From Clostridia bacterium (GTDB lineage Bacteria; Bacillota; Clostridia; Christensenellales; UBA1242): a stretch of DNA of 64,000 nt. Both the position numbers and the translations under genes were made by a program. Positions 27,474 to 36,177 of the stretch are shown one piece after another (the first letter of the stretch is position 1; the number at the start of each line of letters is the position of its first letter). The stretch lies in assembly GCA_045538455.1 (NCBI GenBank), contig JAZSRL010000009.1:78875-142874 (forward strand), read 5' to 3'. The notes beneath the pieces are model-generated. The model saw nothing but the letters and a program-made list of their open reading frames with translations, was not told where the DNA came from and did no database searches.

Positions 27474-28418
27474 ATGAATAACATTCCTGATATTGCAGGA
27501 TATTTAAGGGATAAGTATGCTTACTTAAATCTCTCGGATGAGGAATTAAACGCCTTTATCATTATGGACGGGAATCTTGACATATTATTGCCGTCGATTA
27601 GTGATGTAAAGCATCATGTGTTAGCTATTGAAGATATCAAAGCGCGCCGAAAGGAAATCAATACAATTCGTGAATTTCGTGTTCAAGATTTTCCGTTACA
27701 ACTACATGATTCTGAATGGATTAATCAGTACATTATGGAGCGACTAAATTTTTGGGGTCGTGAGATAAAAGGCGATGTTGCCATCAGTCACAAAACGCTG
27801 GGAAATTATTTGGCTCGTTCGAGAGATTTTTGGAAAAAACGCGATGAGTACATTAAAGAAGTTTTGCAAACTTGTTTAAAAACATGTTTGCGTTATAATC
27901 CGGAAAGTAAGTTTTTTGGCGCAATCAAAGAGTATCAATATAACAGTATCAATTATGATAAAGATTTTCGTGCGCATTTCATAAAAGTAGGTGAGTCGTT
28001 GGGGTTATCAGGGTTGGAAGTTGCAAAATTTTTAGAAGACAATGCTAAATCTTGGCGAACAGAAGTACAGATGCATACATTTTCGAATAATTACACAAAG
28101 TACAAACCAAGGGGTTGGGTGAAACATAAACAGCGTCCACCTGAAATGGAAGAAATTGATCAAATTGAAGATAAGCTATATAAAAAATGGATGATGTTGC
28201 GTGAATTTGAATATGAGCGTGAAAACTGGATTCTTTTTAATCGGTTAGGTATAAAACCTAAAATGCAGTTAAAGGATGAAGAAGTTGAAAAATTAAGACA
28301 AGAAGTTGCGTCCCTAGAACACGAGTTCCGTGTGCGAGTCAATTTATATGAGAACTGGGAAAGGCAACCAGAGTTGTTCGGAGTGGAAGATTTAGAACAA
28401 CCAAGTTATGAAAAGTAA
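27474..28418 (+). CDS. tandem-family paralog 4 of 9 (most divergent)
   Basis: 314 aa. Keeps HDSEWINQY, NYDKDFR, SWR, FSNNY and WMMLREFEY but lacks the SPKF and DDFY blocks. Confidence 0.75.
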   Translation: MNNIPDIAGYLRDKYAYLNLSDEELNAFIIMDGNLDILLPSISDVKHHVLAIEDIKARRKEINTIREFRVQDFPLQLHDSEWINQYIMERLNFWGREIKGDVAISHKTLGNYLARSRDFWKKRDEYIKEVLQTCLKTCLRYNPESKFFGAIKEYQYNSINYDKDFRAHFIKVGESLGLSGLEVAKFLEDNAKSWRTEVQMHTFSNNYTKYKPRGWVKHKQRPPEMEEIDQIEDKLYKKWMMLREFEYERENWILFNRLGIKPKMQLKDEEVEKLRQEVASLEHEFRVRVNLYENWERQPELFGVEDLEQPSYEK

Positions 28419-28423
28419 TGGGA

Positions 28424-28429
28424 TATAAT
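28424..28429 (+). promoter_or_regulatory. -10 box of paralog 5 (no convincing -35)
   Basis: TATAAT, with ATG 28435 beginning 5 nt after it. Only 5 nt separate the paralog 4 stop from this box. Confidence 0.4.
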
Positions 28430-28434
28430 TGGTG

Positions 28435-29355
28435 ATGAAACTGAAACAGTTTGTGATGAATTTACAAGTTGGACAAAAATTTGATGCCCAATTTTTAGAT
28501 CGTCACTTAATAGAAATTTTCCCAGATCTTGCTTTTGTTGAAAAAAATATCAAAATGTTGCAGTCGGTTAAAAAAGCGGATGTTTTAAGCGCGGATAAGC
28601 GGATTACATCAGAAGACTTTTTACCCTATTTTGTGCGCGATGATGATTGGTTGGAAGTTTATCTTGGCAGCAAGTTTAAGATACAAAATTTATCATATGA
28701 GACTATTCGTAAATACATTGCTTATTCACCAAAATTTGCAGCGGCTCGTGACCAGTATGAAGAAAACATTGTGCGTTGTTATTTAAATGAATACAAAAAT
28801 TTTAAAAGTGATGATTTTTATGCGGACATGGAAACTAAATATTTTTTGCGTAACAGCATTAATTATGACAAAGTTTTCCGTCATGAAGTGAAATCCGCGA
28901 TGAATAAATTAGGGCTATCTGCAAAAAGCATTGAGTATGCGTTGGAAAAAAATGCGGCATTGTGGCGTGATGAGGTCATGACCGTGGCTTTTTTAAATCG
29001 TTATCCAGATTGTGGGATACGGGATTATGTGCGTCATGGTTATCGCTTTGAAGATGGTTTGATTGAGGAACAAGATAGTAAACCAAATTTTTATGCGGAG
29101 CGTGCATGGTGTCTTTTGCCTTTATCAAAATTATCGGAACAGCAAAAATCTTTATATAATATTTGGAAGTCTTTGCGTGAATTTGAGTATTATCAAGAAA
29201 ACAAAAAAACGGTTGATAAGTTAGGTCTAGCGACACCAAATATGAAAATGAACTTAAAAGAGGCGATATCATTATATTCTAAACTTCAAGCGTTAGAATA
29301 TATCTGTGGGTACAGAAGAAATTATTACAGAAAAGATGAAACTAAAACATTTTAA
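28435..29355 (+). CDS. tandem-family paralog 5 of 9
   Basis: 306 aa. RDDDWLEVY, YIAYSPKFAAARDQYE, DDFY, NYDKVFRHEVKSAMNKLGL, LWRD, LREFEYY, LATPNMKM. Confidence 0.8.
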   Translation: MKLKQFVMNLQVGQKFDAQFLDRHLIEIFPDLAFVEKNIKMLQSVKKADVLSADKRITSEDFLPYFVRDDDWLEVYLGSKFKIQNLSYETIRKYIAYSPKFAAARDQYEENIVRCYLNEYKNFKSDDFYADMETKYFLRNSINYDKVFRHEVKSAMNKLGLSAKSIEYALEKNAALWRDEVMTVAFLNRYPDCGIRDYVRHGYRFEDGLIEEQDSKPNFYAERAWCLLPLSKLSEQQKSLYNIWKSLREFEYYQENKKTVDKLGLATPNMKMNLKEAISLYSKLQALEYICGYRRNYYRKDETKTF

Positions 29356-29368
29356 TTTTGTGTGAATA

Positions 29369-29397
29369 TTGACTTTTGATTTTGGATTGTCTATAAT
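29369..29397 (+). promoter_or_regulatory. promoter of paralog 6 (leaderless geometry)
   Basis: TTGACT-17-TATAAT. ATGATG follows at 29400/29403, and the second ATG begins 5 nt after the -10. Confidence 0.65.
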
Positions 29398-29402
29398 GCA
29401 TG

Positions 29403-30335
29403 ATGCAAATAAAACAGAAGTTAAAAAACAGTTTTAATCATATTCATTTAAAGCTAAATGAAAAAAAATATTTAACAGAATTAGATAAACATTTTGGAGA
29501 TTTTTTCCCAGCAAAGAATTTCGTGATGCAAAATTTAAGTAATTTATCAATGCAAGATCGTAAGTATAAATTTGTTTATAATGTAATTCATTTACCATTC
29601 CACACGCGTGATGTTGAATGGTTGACTAACTACATTATGGACAAAATTCAAAAAACACCGCGGTTATCGGTATTAAGTGATATTCCTTACAATACTTTAA
29701 AACGATATGTAGAAACCTCGTCAAATTTTATTGCGCGCCGTAATCAATATGAAAAAGATTTAGTTTGTGGTTATATCAATAACTGGTTGCATGAATGTTG
29801 TGATGATTATTACTTAAAAGCGGAACAAAAACAAAAATATGAAAAAAAGCGTAACTTTGATGAAGTCTTCCGTGAAAAAGTTGTTAATGCGATTAGTTTA
29901 TTAGGTATCGACAGTTCAATTGTAAATCTTTATTTGGAAGAGAGTGCGCATATGTGGCGTAAGTGTGTGATGCAAAAGACTTTTATGAATCGTTTGCAAA
30001 ATAGTTCGTATTTTAAACAATTTGCGCTGAACGATGACCAACGCATATTATTGTCAAAAAATAATCCGCAGGCTTGGGAAAAATTTGTAAATAAAGAATT
30101 TGATTTTATGAATCTTTGGCTGGCTGTTCGGGAAGTTAAATACTATCAACAAAATAAAAGAGTTGTGGATAAAGCAGGTACCATTACTCCCGCAATGCAG
30201 TTGATTGATTATAAAGTCTATCGTTTAAGAGATGAAAAGAGTTCAATGCGTTTTGAATATATTAAATTATTGAAAGAGGCCGCACAATTAGTTCAAGAAA
30301 TTGAATCACAAAATTACGGGAAAAGTAATATTTAA
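29403..30335 (+). CDS. tandem-family paralog 6 of 9
   Basis: 310 aa. LPFHTRDVEWLTNY, YVETSSNFIARRNQYE, DDYY, NFDEVFR, MWRK, VREVKYY. Confidence 0.8.
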   Translation: MQIKQKLKNSFNHIHLKLNEKKYLTELDKHFGDFFPAKNFVMQNLSNLSMQDRKYKFVYNVIHLPFHTRDVEWLTNYIMDKIQKTPRLSVLSDIPYNTLKRYVETSSNFIARRNQYEKDLVCGYINNWLHECCDDYYLKAEQKQKYEKKRNFDEVFREKVVNAISLLGIDSSIVNLYLEESAHMWRKCVMQKTFMNRLQNSSYFKQFALNDDQRILLSKNNPQAWEKFVNKEFDFMNLWLAVREVKYYQQNKRVVDKAGTITPAMQLIDYKVYRLRDEKSSMRFEYIKLLKEAAQLVQEIESQNYGKSNI

Positions 30336-30363
30336 TTGCCTGAATAAATTTAGGTAGTCTTGT

Positions 30364-30392
30364 TTGACAGAAAAGTTGCGCTCATATATACT
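30364..30392 (+). promoter_or_regulatory. promoter of paralog 7 (leaderless geometry)
   Basis: TTGACA-17-TATACT. ATG 30399 begins 6 nt after the -10. Confidence 0.6.
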
Positions 30393-30398
30393 GCCGCT

Positions 30399-31337
30399 AT
30401 GAAATTGAGTTATACGCAAGATAAGCAATTTCCCCAAACCCATTTAAAGTTCAATGTTTTGTTAGATGAATGCCTAAGAACACTTTTCCCGAATGAAGAG
30501 TACATATTAGATAATCTAAAAAACATCACACGAAAAGATAAATCATATACATTATCCTATAACAAGGGGTATTTAGCTTACCATACCTGTGATACCAATT
30601 GGTTAGCAAAATATTTAGAAATGGCGTATAATCACTTGCAAAGTTTGAAAACAACGCGTTTAAATCCACAAGAACAAACAGCCTTAACAAAAAAAATTCC
30701 ATTTAGTTATATTCGTAATTATGTTGAAACTTCACCAAAGTTTGACGCATTGCGTTCTCAGTATGAACAAAAATTAGTCGGTGCCTATATTCAATTAACC
30801 CAAGATAATAAGAAAGATGATTTTTTTGCCAAGAGTATCGTGAAAATTGCTGATGCTCAGCACCCACAGTATGAGCGTCTTTTGCGTGACCGTTTTGTCG
30901 CGGCGATGCAGCATTTGGGTATGGATAAATTTCGTGCGGAAATAGGAATTGAATTAAATGCGCATTTATGGCGTGATAATGCACGCTTTCAGACTTTCTT
31001 AAATAATTTTCGAAAATATGATATGCGAAATTTGACCGGAAGCAAAGGTTTAATGGCGCGTCATAATACGCCTGTATGGGTTAAGTTAGTTAACATGGGT
31101 GAACAATTATATGAAAAATGGTCGCAGTTAGCTGAATATGATTATTATCAACAACATAGAAGGATTATTGATCAATTAGGTACAGCTAATTCACATATGT
31201 TAATTTCAGAAGATAAAGCGGCGAAATTAGAAAAAGAAGTTGAATCAATGCAATTTACTTTTGAATGTATGTTGTTTGATGCCACACAAAAAATAGAACA
31301 AATAACAAATAAAACCCAAAATGGTATCGAAAAATGA
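30399..31337 (+). CDS. tandem-family paralog 7 of 9
   Basis: 312 aa. CDTNWLAKY, YVETSPKFDALRSQYE, DDFF, LWRD, FLNNF, LAEYDYY. Confidence 0.8.
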   Translation: MKLSYTQDKQFPQTHLKFNVLLDECLRTLFPNEEYILDNLKNITRKDKSYTLSYNKGYLAYHTCDTNWLAKYLEMAYNHLQSLKTTRLNPQEQTALTKKIPFSYIRNYVETSPKFDALRSQYEQKLVGAYIQLTQDNKKDDFFAKSIVKIADAQHPQYERLLRDRFVAAMQHLGMDKFRAEIGIELNAHLWRDNARFQTFLNNFRKYDMRNLTGSKGLMARHNTPVWVKLVNMGEQLYEKWSQLAEYDYYQQHRRIIDQLGTANSHMLISEDKAAKLEKEVESMQFTFECMLFDATQKIEQITNKTQNGIEK

Positions 31338-31356
31338 TAAAGAAATTTAGTGTATA

Positions 31357-31386
31357 TTGACATGGTAGTATGCGTAAAGTTATAAT
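31357..31386 (+). promoter_or_regulatory. promoter of paralog 8 (leaderless geometry)
   Basis: TTGACA-18-TATAAT. ATG 31392 begins 5 nt after the -10. Confidence 0.65.
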
Positions 31387-31391
31387 TGCAT

Positions 31392-32396
31392 ATGAAATTA
31401 AAACATTTTATTATCAAAAATTTGAACCAGACCCAATCAATGGATGAAACCTTAGAACAAAAGCTAACCGCTTTGTTACCTAAAATTTTTCCAGCAGATG
31501 ATTTAAAAAAATTAAAAATGGTTGATAAGATGGACAACCAAATATACACTGCCCAGTATTTACCATTCCATACGCGTGATAATGTGTGGTTAGCAAATTA
31601 TATTGCTAAGTTAGTACATGATTTGCAAGTAAAACCTAGCCGCGATGGAAAAAAATCGTCTTATCGTATGTTGGGCGTAGTCGGTCTTGCTGATGTGATG
31701 CAGTTTATGAAAAATTCGGTTGAATTCACTCAGGCGCGTGATTGTTATGAACAGAATTTAGTTGCGAGTTATATCCCGTTGTTAAGTGATAATACACGCG
31801 ATGATTTCTTTACGGTTGCGGAAGAAAAACGAGCTATTTTAAGTCATAAACACTGTTCAACTTTATTCCGATATCGTATCACAGAAGCAATGCGTTTTTT
31901 AGGTTTACCAGAAGATGTTATTGAGTTGGGAATTGAAAAGAATCGTTCAAAATGGTATGCACGGATGCAAAAACATACTTTTGCGAATTTGTATGAGCAT
32001 GTACCGATGCTGGAACAAAATAGTCAGTATATTTATTCCTATTTACGCAAAGAATTACTTGCATTGGAAAAAGCGAGAGATGAGTTTCAGGTAAACTGGG
32101 AAAAATTAGAAGCTTTAAAATATTATAAAGCACATAAAGCGGCAATTGATAAAGTGGGTGGTGGAGCTTCGTATATGAAAATATCCAAAGGTCAAGCTGT
32201 AAATTTAATGAAAAAAACGAATGCGACTTTCTTGGAGTACAAGCGCTTACTTTTGAATATAATTGGGCAAATTAAACCAGACGATGAAGAAAGTGTTAAC
32301 AGGTACCATGTGAATGGCAAAAACGCGCAAATTAAACTTGCAAATTGTGTTGCCAAAAAGCATGTGCGTGACGCTAATTTAGAACGCGAAAAGTAA
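31392..32396 (+). CDS. tandem-family paralog 8 of 9
   Basis: 334 aa. LPFHTRDNVWLANY, DDFF, LFRYRITEAMRFLGL, FANLY, LEALKYY. Confidence 0.8.
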   Translation: MKLKHFIIKNLNQTQSMDETLEQKLTALLPKIFPADDLKKLKMVDKMDNQIYTAQYLPFHTRDNVWLANYIAKLVHDLQVKPSRDGKKSSYRMLGVVGLADVMQFMKNSVEFTQARDCYEQNLVASYIPLLSDNTRDDFFTVAEEKRAILSHKHCSTLFRYRITEAMRFLGLPEDVIELGIEKNRSKWYARMQKHTFANLYEHVPMLEQNSQYIYSYLRKELLALEKARDEFQVNWEKLEALKYYKAHKAAIDKVGGGASYMKISKGQAVNLMKKTNATFLEYKRLLLNIIGQIKPDDEESVNRYHVNGKNAQIKLANCVAKKHVRDANLEREK

Positions 32397-32433
32397 GAAC
32401 AGTAAAAATTGTGTAACTTTTTTTGTGGTAATA

Positions 32434-32463
32434 TTGACTTTGGGTTGTTTGATTTCTTATAAT
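32434..32463 (+). promoter_or_regulatory. promoter of paralog 9 (leaderless geometry)
   Basis: TTGACT-18-TATAAT. ATG 32469 begins 5 nt after the -10. Confidence 0.65.
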
Positions 32464-32468
32464 TGAAT

Positions 32469-33731
32469 ATGGAAAAATTGAGTCAATTACAAGAAGAAAA
32501 ATTCTCTGTAAATAGTTTAGTTTTAAATAAGGAAGACCAAAATATTTTAGATAGTTATTTGTCATCATTTTTTGCAAGCGAAAAGAATGTTCAACAAGCA
32601 TTAGTTCATTTGAACCGTTTTGAAAGAGATGTGTTGGACAAATATGATGTGAAACATTTGCCGTTTCATACGCGTGATAATAAATGGCTAGTGCAATATA
32701 TTTTGGCTTGCTTAAATGAAGTGCGTTGTATGCAATTTAATGAAAAGGAAAAAGACCCAACTGTGCAGGTTTTGAAATATATAACTCCACAAACGATTGT
32801 GTCATACATTACACAGTCGCCTAATTTTAAGGCACAACGCGCAGAATATGAAGAAAATGTTGTAAAGGCATACATAAAGATTTTAAAAGATGCTAAAATT
32901 GATGATTTTCAAGTGCATGATTATGAGAAACGAATATATCGTAACAAACCGGACTATGATAAAATTTTCCGCATCAAAATTGTAAAAGCAATGCGTTTCT
33001 TGTGTTTTAACGCACGCTCTTACGAACCAGCGATAGAAAAGAACGCAGATTTGTGGCGTGACCAAGTGCGTAGGCAGACTTTTGCCAATATATACCATTT
33101 AAATAAATATCTAGATGAAGAAACTGTAAAAAAGTTGAAATTCTTTGCACCGCGTATGTTCGCTGAAATTAATAATTTATTGGAAGACATTTATCAAACT
33201 TGGGCAGCTGCGCGTGATTATGTTTATTACTGCGAAAACCAAGAAACAATCGATAAATTAAATTTAGCAACACCGAATATGAAAATGTCAGAAGTTGAAT
33301 ACAGAAAAATGAACCGCAAAGTAATGGTGAAAATTGCTCAATACAAAGAAATGGTTGCGAAAGCCAAAAGAAGTGTTTATGGCAAAGCATTGATAAAAGC
33401 AAAAGAGAATTATTGGAATACACATCAACCAGTTTCAAATGGTTTTGACATTGTGGAAATTGATGAAGAAAAGTTAAAATATTGGGACAATCATCAACCA
33501 GTAACCAACGGTCATGATGAAGTTATTGTGGACGAAAAAAAATTACGCTATTGGGATTTTAATCAACCGTTAACCAATGATGGAAAAAATATTCCAGCAA
33601 AAGAAATTAACTATGATTATTGGGATCATCATCAACCACAAACAAGCGACGGTAAACCAGTTTTCAAAAAAAATTACAAGAATCTTAAATATTGGGACCA
33701 ACATCAACCAAATACTTATTTAAGTAAATAA
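32469..33731 (+). CDS. tandem-family paralog 9 of 9 with C-terminal YWDxHQP repeat extension
   Basis: 420 aa. LPFHTRDNKWLVQY, YITQSPNFKAQRAEYE, DDF, IFRIKIVKAMRFL, LWRD, FANIY, LATPNMKM, then five YW(D/N)xxQP repeats. Confidence 0.8.
   Translation: MEKLSQLQEEKFSVNSLVLNKEDQNILDSYLSSFFASEKNVQQALVHLNRFERDVLDKYDVKHLPFHTRDNKWLVQYILACLNEVRCMQFNEKEKDPTVQVLKYITPQTIVSYITQSPNFKAQRAEYEENVVKAYIKILKDAKIDDFQVHDYEKRIYRNKPDYDKIFRIKIVKAMRFLCFNARSYEPAIEKNADLWRDQVRRQTFANIYHLNKYLDEETVKKLKFFAPRMFAEINNLLEDIYQTWAAARDYVYYCENQETIDKLNLATPNMKMSEVEYRKMNRKVMVKIAQYKEMVAKAKRSVYGKALIKAKENYWNTHQPVSNGFDIVEIDEEKLKYWDNHQPVTNGHDEVIVDEKKLRYWDFNQPLTNDGKNIPAKEINYDYWDHHQPQTSDGKPVFKKNYKNLKYWDQHQPNTYLSK
33408..33728 (+). repeat. five in-frame ~20-24-aa repeats (YW[DN]-x-[HN]QP-x-[TS]-x-G) at the C-terminus of paralog 9
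   Basis: NYWNTHQPVSNG, KYWDNHQPVTNG, RYWDFNQPLTNDG, DYWDHHQPQTSDG, KYWDQHQPNTY. The DNA repeats TATTGGGA...CATCAACCA. Confidence 0.8.
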
Positions 33732-33761
33732 CATTATTTTGTTTAGTGCTTGCAACAAAAA

Positions 33762-33791
33762 AAGAACCCTAACAATTAGAGTTCTTTTTTT
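33762..33791. terminator. bidirectional terminator between the array and potCD
   Basis: AAGAAC...GTTCTT hairpin flanked by an A-run and a T-run. Confidence 0.7.
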
Positions 33792-33809
33792 ATGTTTTGC
33801 AAGTTGTGC

Positions 33810-36176
33810 TTATTCATTTTGGGGCAGTGCTATGGTCGTTGGGGCGAAGCGCGGGCGGCGATGTGTTAAGGCGTAAACCAACCACCAAATGAATGCAGCA
33901 ATCGCGAGTAACAAGATGATTATCAAGAAAATGTTTACGCTGCCGTCGTCTTCGGTTAATTGTGCAGCTTTATTTTGAACTTCAACCATCAAATTAGTTA
34001 CGGCTTTTTCTTTTGCTTTGTCGAAGTTTTTCATGACAGCAGCAAAAGTTAAGTTATCTGCGTTTGGGAAGACGGTACAAGCGTAATTAATATCGGGGTT
34101 GAAGATACCTTCTTCATTGTCAGGGATATTGTTTTTTAAATTTTCTGGGACATAGTAGTCGCCGTATTCGATAACTGGGTCGCCATTTTCGTCAAAGATT
34201 TGGTTGCCATCTTCGTCAACTGCATATTCCCAACCCGTCATGTCATCGATAGCTTCACCAGCGGCAACCATTTGGCTACCAACATAGTCGATGTTTGCTG
34301 CTGCGTTTTCGGCGTCTAACATAAAGTTAATGAATTCGTAAGCTGCGTCCAGATTTTTCGCGTAAGTTGGAATAGCAAAGTTATCGGTCCATAAGTTAGT
34401 TCCATTTGGCGCGTAGTAGCGGAGTGGGTTAACATAGTCTTCGTCTTCGGCATTTGCTTCCATTAATTCGTACATCGCTAAGCCGGCATCACAACTCCAG
34501 AATAAACCGTAAGCAAAATCATTATTGTTGGGGTCTACGAAAGATTTTTTACCGTTATCGTTTTCGTAGGTCGGATCCATCGTGGTAATTTGTTCTAACA
34601 GTACCTTGCGCGCGTCATCAATGCTGTAGTCGCCGGTCATGTTGATGATGTCTTGCAATAAACTGTTATCATAGTTTCCAGCATCGTCAAATTGGTCATC
34701 GTTCATATAAACAGCATCATCAATTAATCCGGTGTCATTATTTTCTTTTTGAGCGCTGTAAATCATAGCAATGGCAATCGAGTCACGCGCTGATTTTTTC
34801 ATGGTGATACGGCCTTCAAACTTGTCAGTACCACCTTCACCAAAGAGAACACCAAAACCGTATTGCGTAAGTTTTTCTTCAAACATTTCCACAGAAATAT
34901 GAGTGGTTGCTTCAAGTGAGTCAATAACACGGGTATCATACATAATACCCAAAGTACCAATCATATAAGGAATTGCCCAAGCTTGTTCGGCAACGGGATT
35001 GTTGTTTGCGTCGTAAACGGTGGTAAATGGTTTGGTACGGTCCATGATAGCGGCGTCAAGTTCATCTGTGACGCGGGTCATATCAATGGTTCGGAGTAAA
35101 CCATCTTGTGCCATTTTTTCGACCATGTATTCTGATGGGAAAATTAAATCGTAATCGGCGCGTTGAGTGTTAATTTTGCTGTACAATTCTTCGTTATCGG
35201 CAAAAGTGTGGTATTCGATACGGAATTTATTGGCATTTTTAACTCCGTCTGCTGCTAATTTCTCGCGGTAGTATTCGGTAAAATCATCCAATAATTCGGT
35301 TTCGATATAGTCTTCCCAGTTATAAACTTTTAAGACCATTTCGCGTGGTGTTAAATTGGAAGCAATGACCGGAACAACTCCGGCACCGGTTAATAATAGG
35401 ATGCCCGCTAAAATGCCGGCGACAACTTTTTTATTTAATTTTATGCCTTTGCGGACGCGAGCGGCATTGAAGTTCATCACAACCAAGACCAATAAAATCA
35501 CAACAAAGATAATTGTGGTTAAGGCTTTGAACGCGTCGGGGATATCGCGACGGCTGATGGCTCCGTAAATTACGGTCGAAATGGTTGGAACACCGCTGTT
35601 GTTATATTGTGTGATAACAAAGTCGTCCAAAGACAAGGTGAAGCCTAACAAGAAAGCTTGAATCATGGCTGGGACTAATTGTGGCACAATGACACTGGTA
35701 AAAGCTTTGAATGGGGAAGCGCCCAAATCCAAAGCTGCATCAATTAAGTTCGCATCAAGTTGGCGCATTTTAGGTAAAATGGTTAACAAGCAGAAAGGTA
35801 AGGCAATTAAGATGTGCGCTAATAACAATTTTAACAAGCCGAAGTTAGTTAAGCCCAAGCTAACAAATAATAACACTAAACTAAATGAAGTAACGATATC
35901 GGCGTTAATAACCGGTAATTGGTTCACCGCCATGGTAACAGCACGGGTGCGTTTGCCTAAATACAAAATTCCAGTCGCAGCCATGGAAGCAATAATTGTC
36001 GCAATCAACGAAGCGACCACGGCAATTAACAAAGTATTACCGATAGCGGTCATATATTCTGATGTTGTAAACAATTCAACATAGAATTCTAACCCGTTAC
36101 TAAATGATAAGTAGATGAGTAAAAGAATTGGTAAATAAACAATTGCCGCTACGGCTAAGATTAATGTCATTCCCAT
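33810..36176 (-). CDS. potCD: fused spermidine/putrescine ABC permease PotC and substrate-binding PotD-like domain, with C-terminal TM anchor
   Basis: N-terminal ~260 aa form a 6-TM permease with the DAALDLGASPFKAF EAA loop. Then comes a TM segment, then LKVYNWEDYIE and a PotD-like periplasmic domain, then the final TM NIFLIIILLLAIAAFIWWLVYAL. Confidence 0.8.
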   Translation of the reverse strand: MGMTLILAVAAIVYLPILLLIYLSFSNGLEFYVELFTTSEYMTAIGNTLLIAVVASLIATIIASMAATGILYLGKRTRAVTMAVNQLPVINADIVTSFSLVLLFVSLGLTNFGLLKLLLAHILIALPFCLLTILPKMRQLDANLIDAALDLGASPFKAFTSVIVPQLVPAMIQAFLLGFTLSLDDFVITQYNNSGVPTISTVIYGAISRRDIPDAFKALTTIIFVVILLVLVVMNFNAARVRKGIKLNKKVVAGILAGILLLTGAGVVPVIASNLTPREMVLKVYNWEDYIETELLDDFTEYYREKLAADGVKNANKFRIEYHTFADNEELYSKINTQRADYDLIFPSEYMVEKMAQDGLLRTIDMTRVTDELDAAIMDRTKPFTTVYDANNNPVAEQAWAIPYMIGTLGIMYDTRVIDSLEATTHISVEMFEEKLTQYGFGVLFGEGGTDKFEGRITMKKSARDSIAIAMIYSAQKENNDTGLIDDAVYMNDDQFDDAGNYDNSLLQDIINMTGDYSIDDARKVLLEQITTMDPTYENDNGKKSFVDPNNNDFAYGLFWSCDAGLAMYELMEANAEDEDYVNPLRYYAPNGTNLWTDNFAIPTYAKNLDAAYEFINFMLDAENAAANIDYVGSQMVAAGEAIDDMTGWEYAVDEDGNQIFDENGDPVIEYGDYYVPENLKNNIPDNEEGIFNPDINYACTVFPNADNLTFAAVMKNFDKAKEKAVTNLMVEVQNKAAQLTEDDGSVNIFLIIILLLAIAAFIWWLVYALTHRRPRFAPTTIALPQNE

Positions 36177-36177
36177 A

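Noticed and set aside
23843-33800. The tRNA-Leu-flanked block could be an integrative mobile element or genomic island.
   Set aside because: There is no integrase, recombinase or transposase. I could not find a direct repeat of the tRNA 3' end near 33.7 kb or 40.8 kb. AT-richness alone is insufficient. I describe it as an accessory-looking block only.
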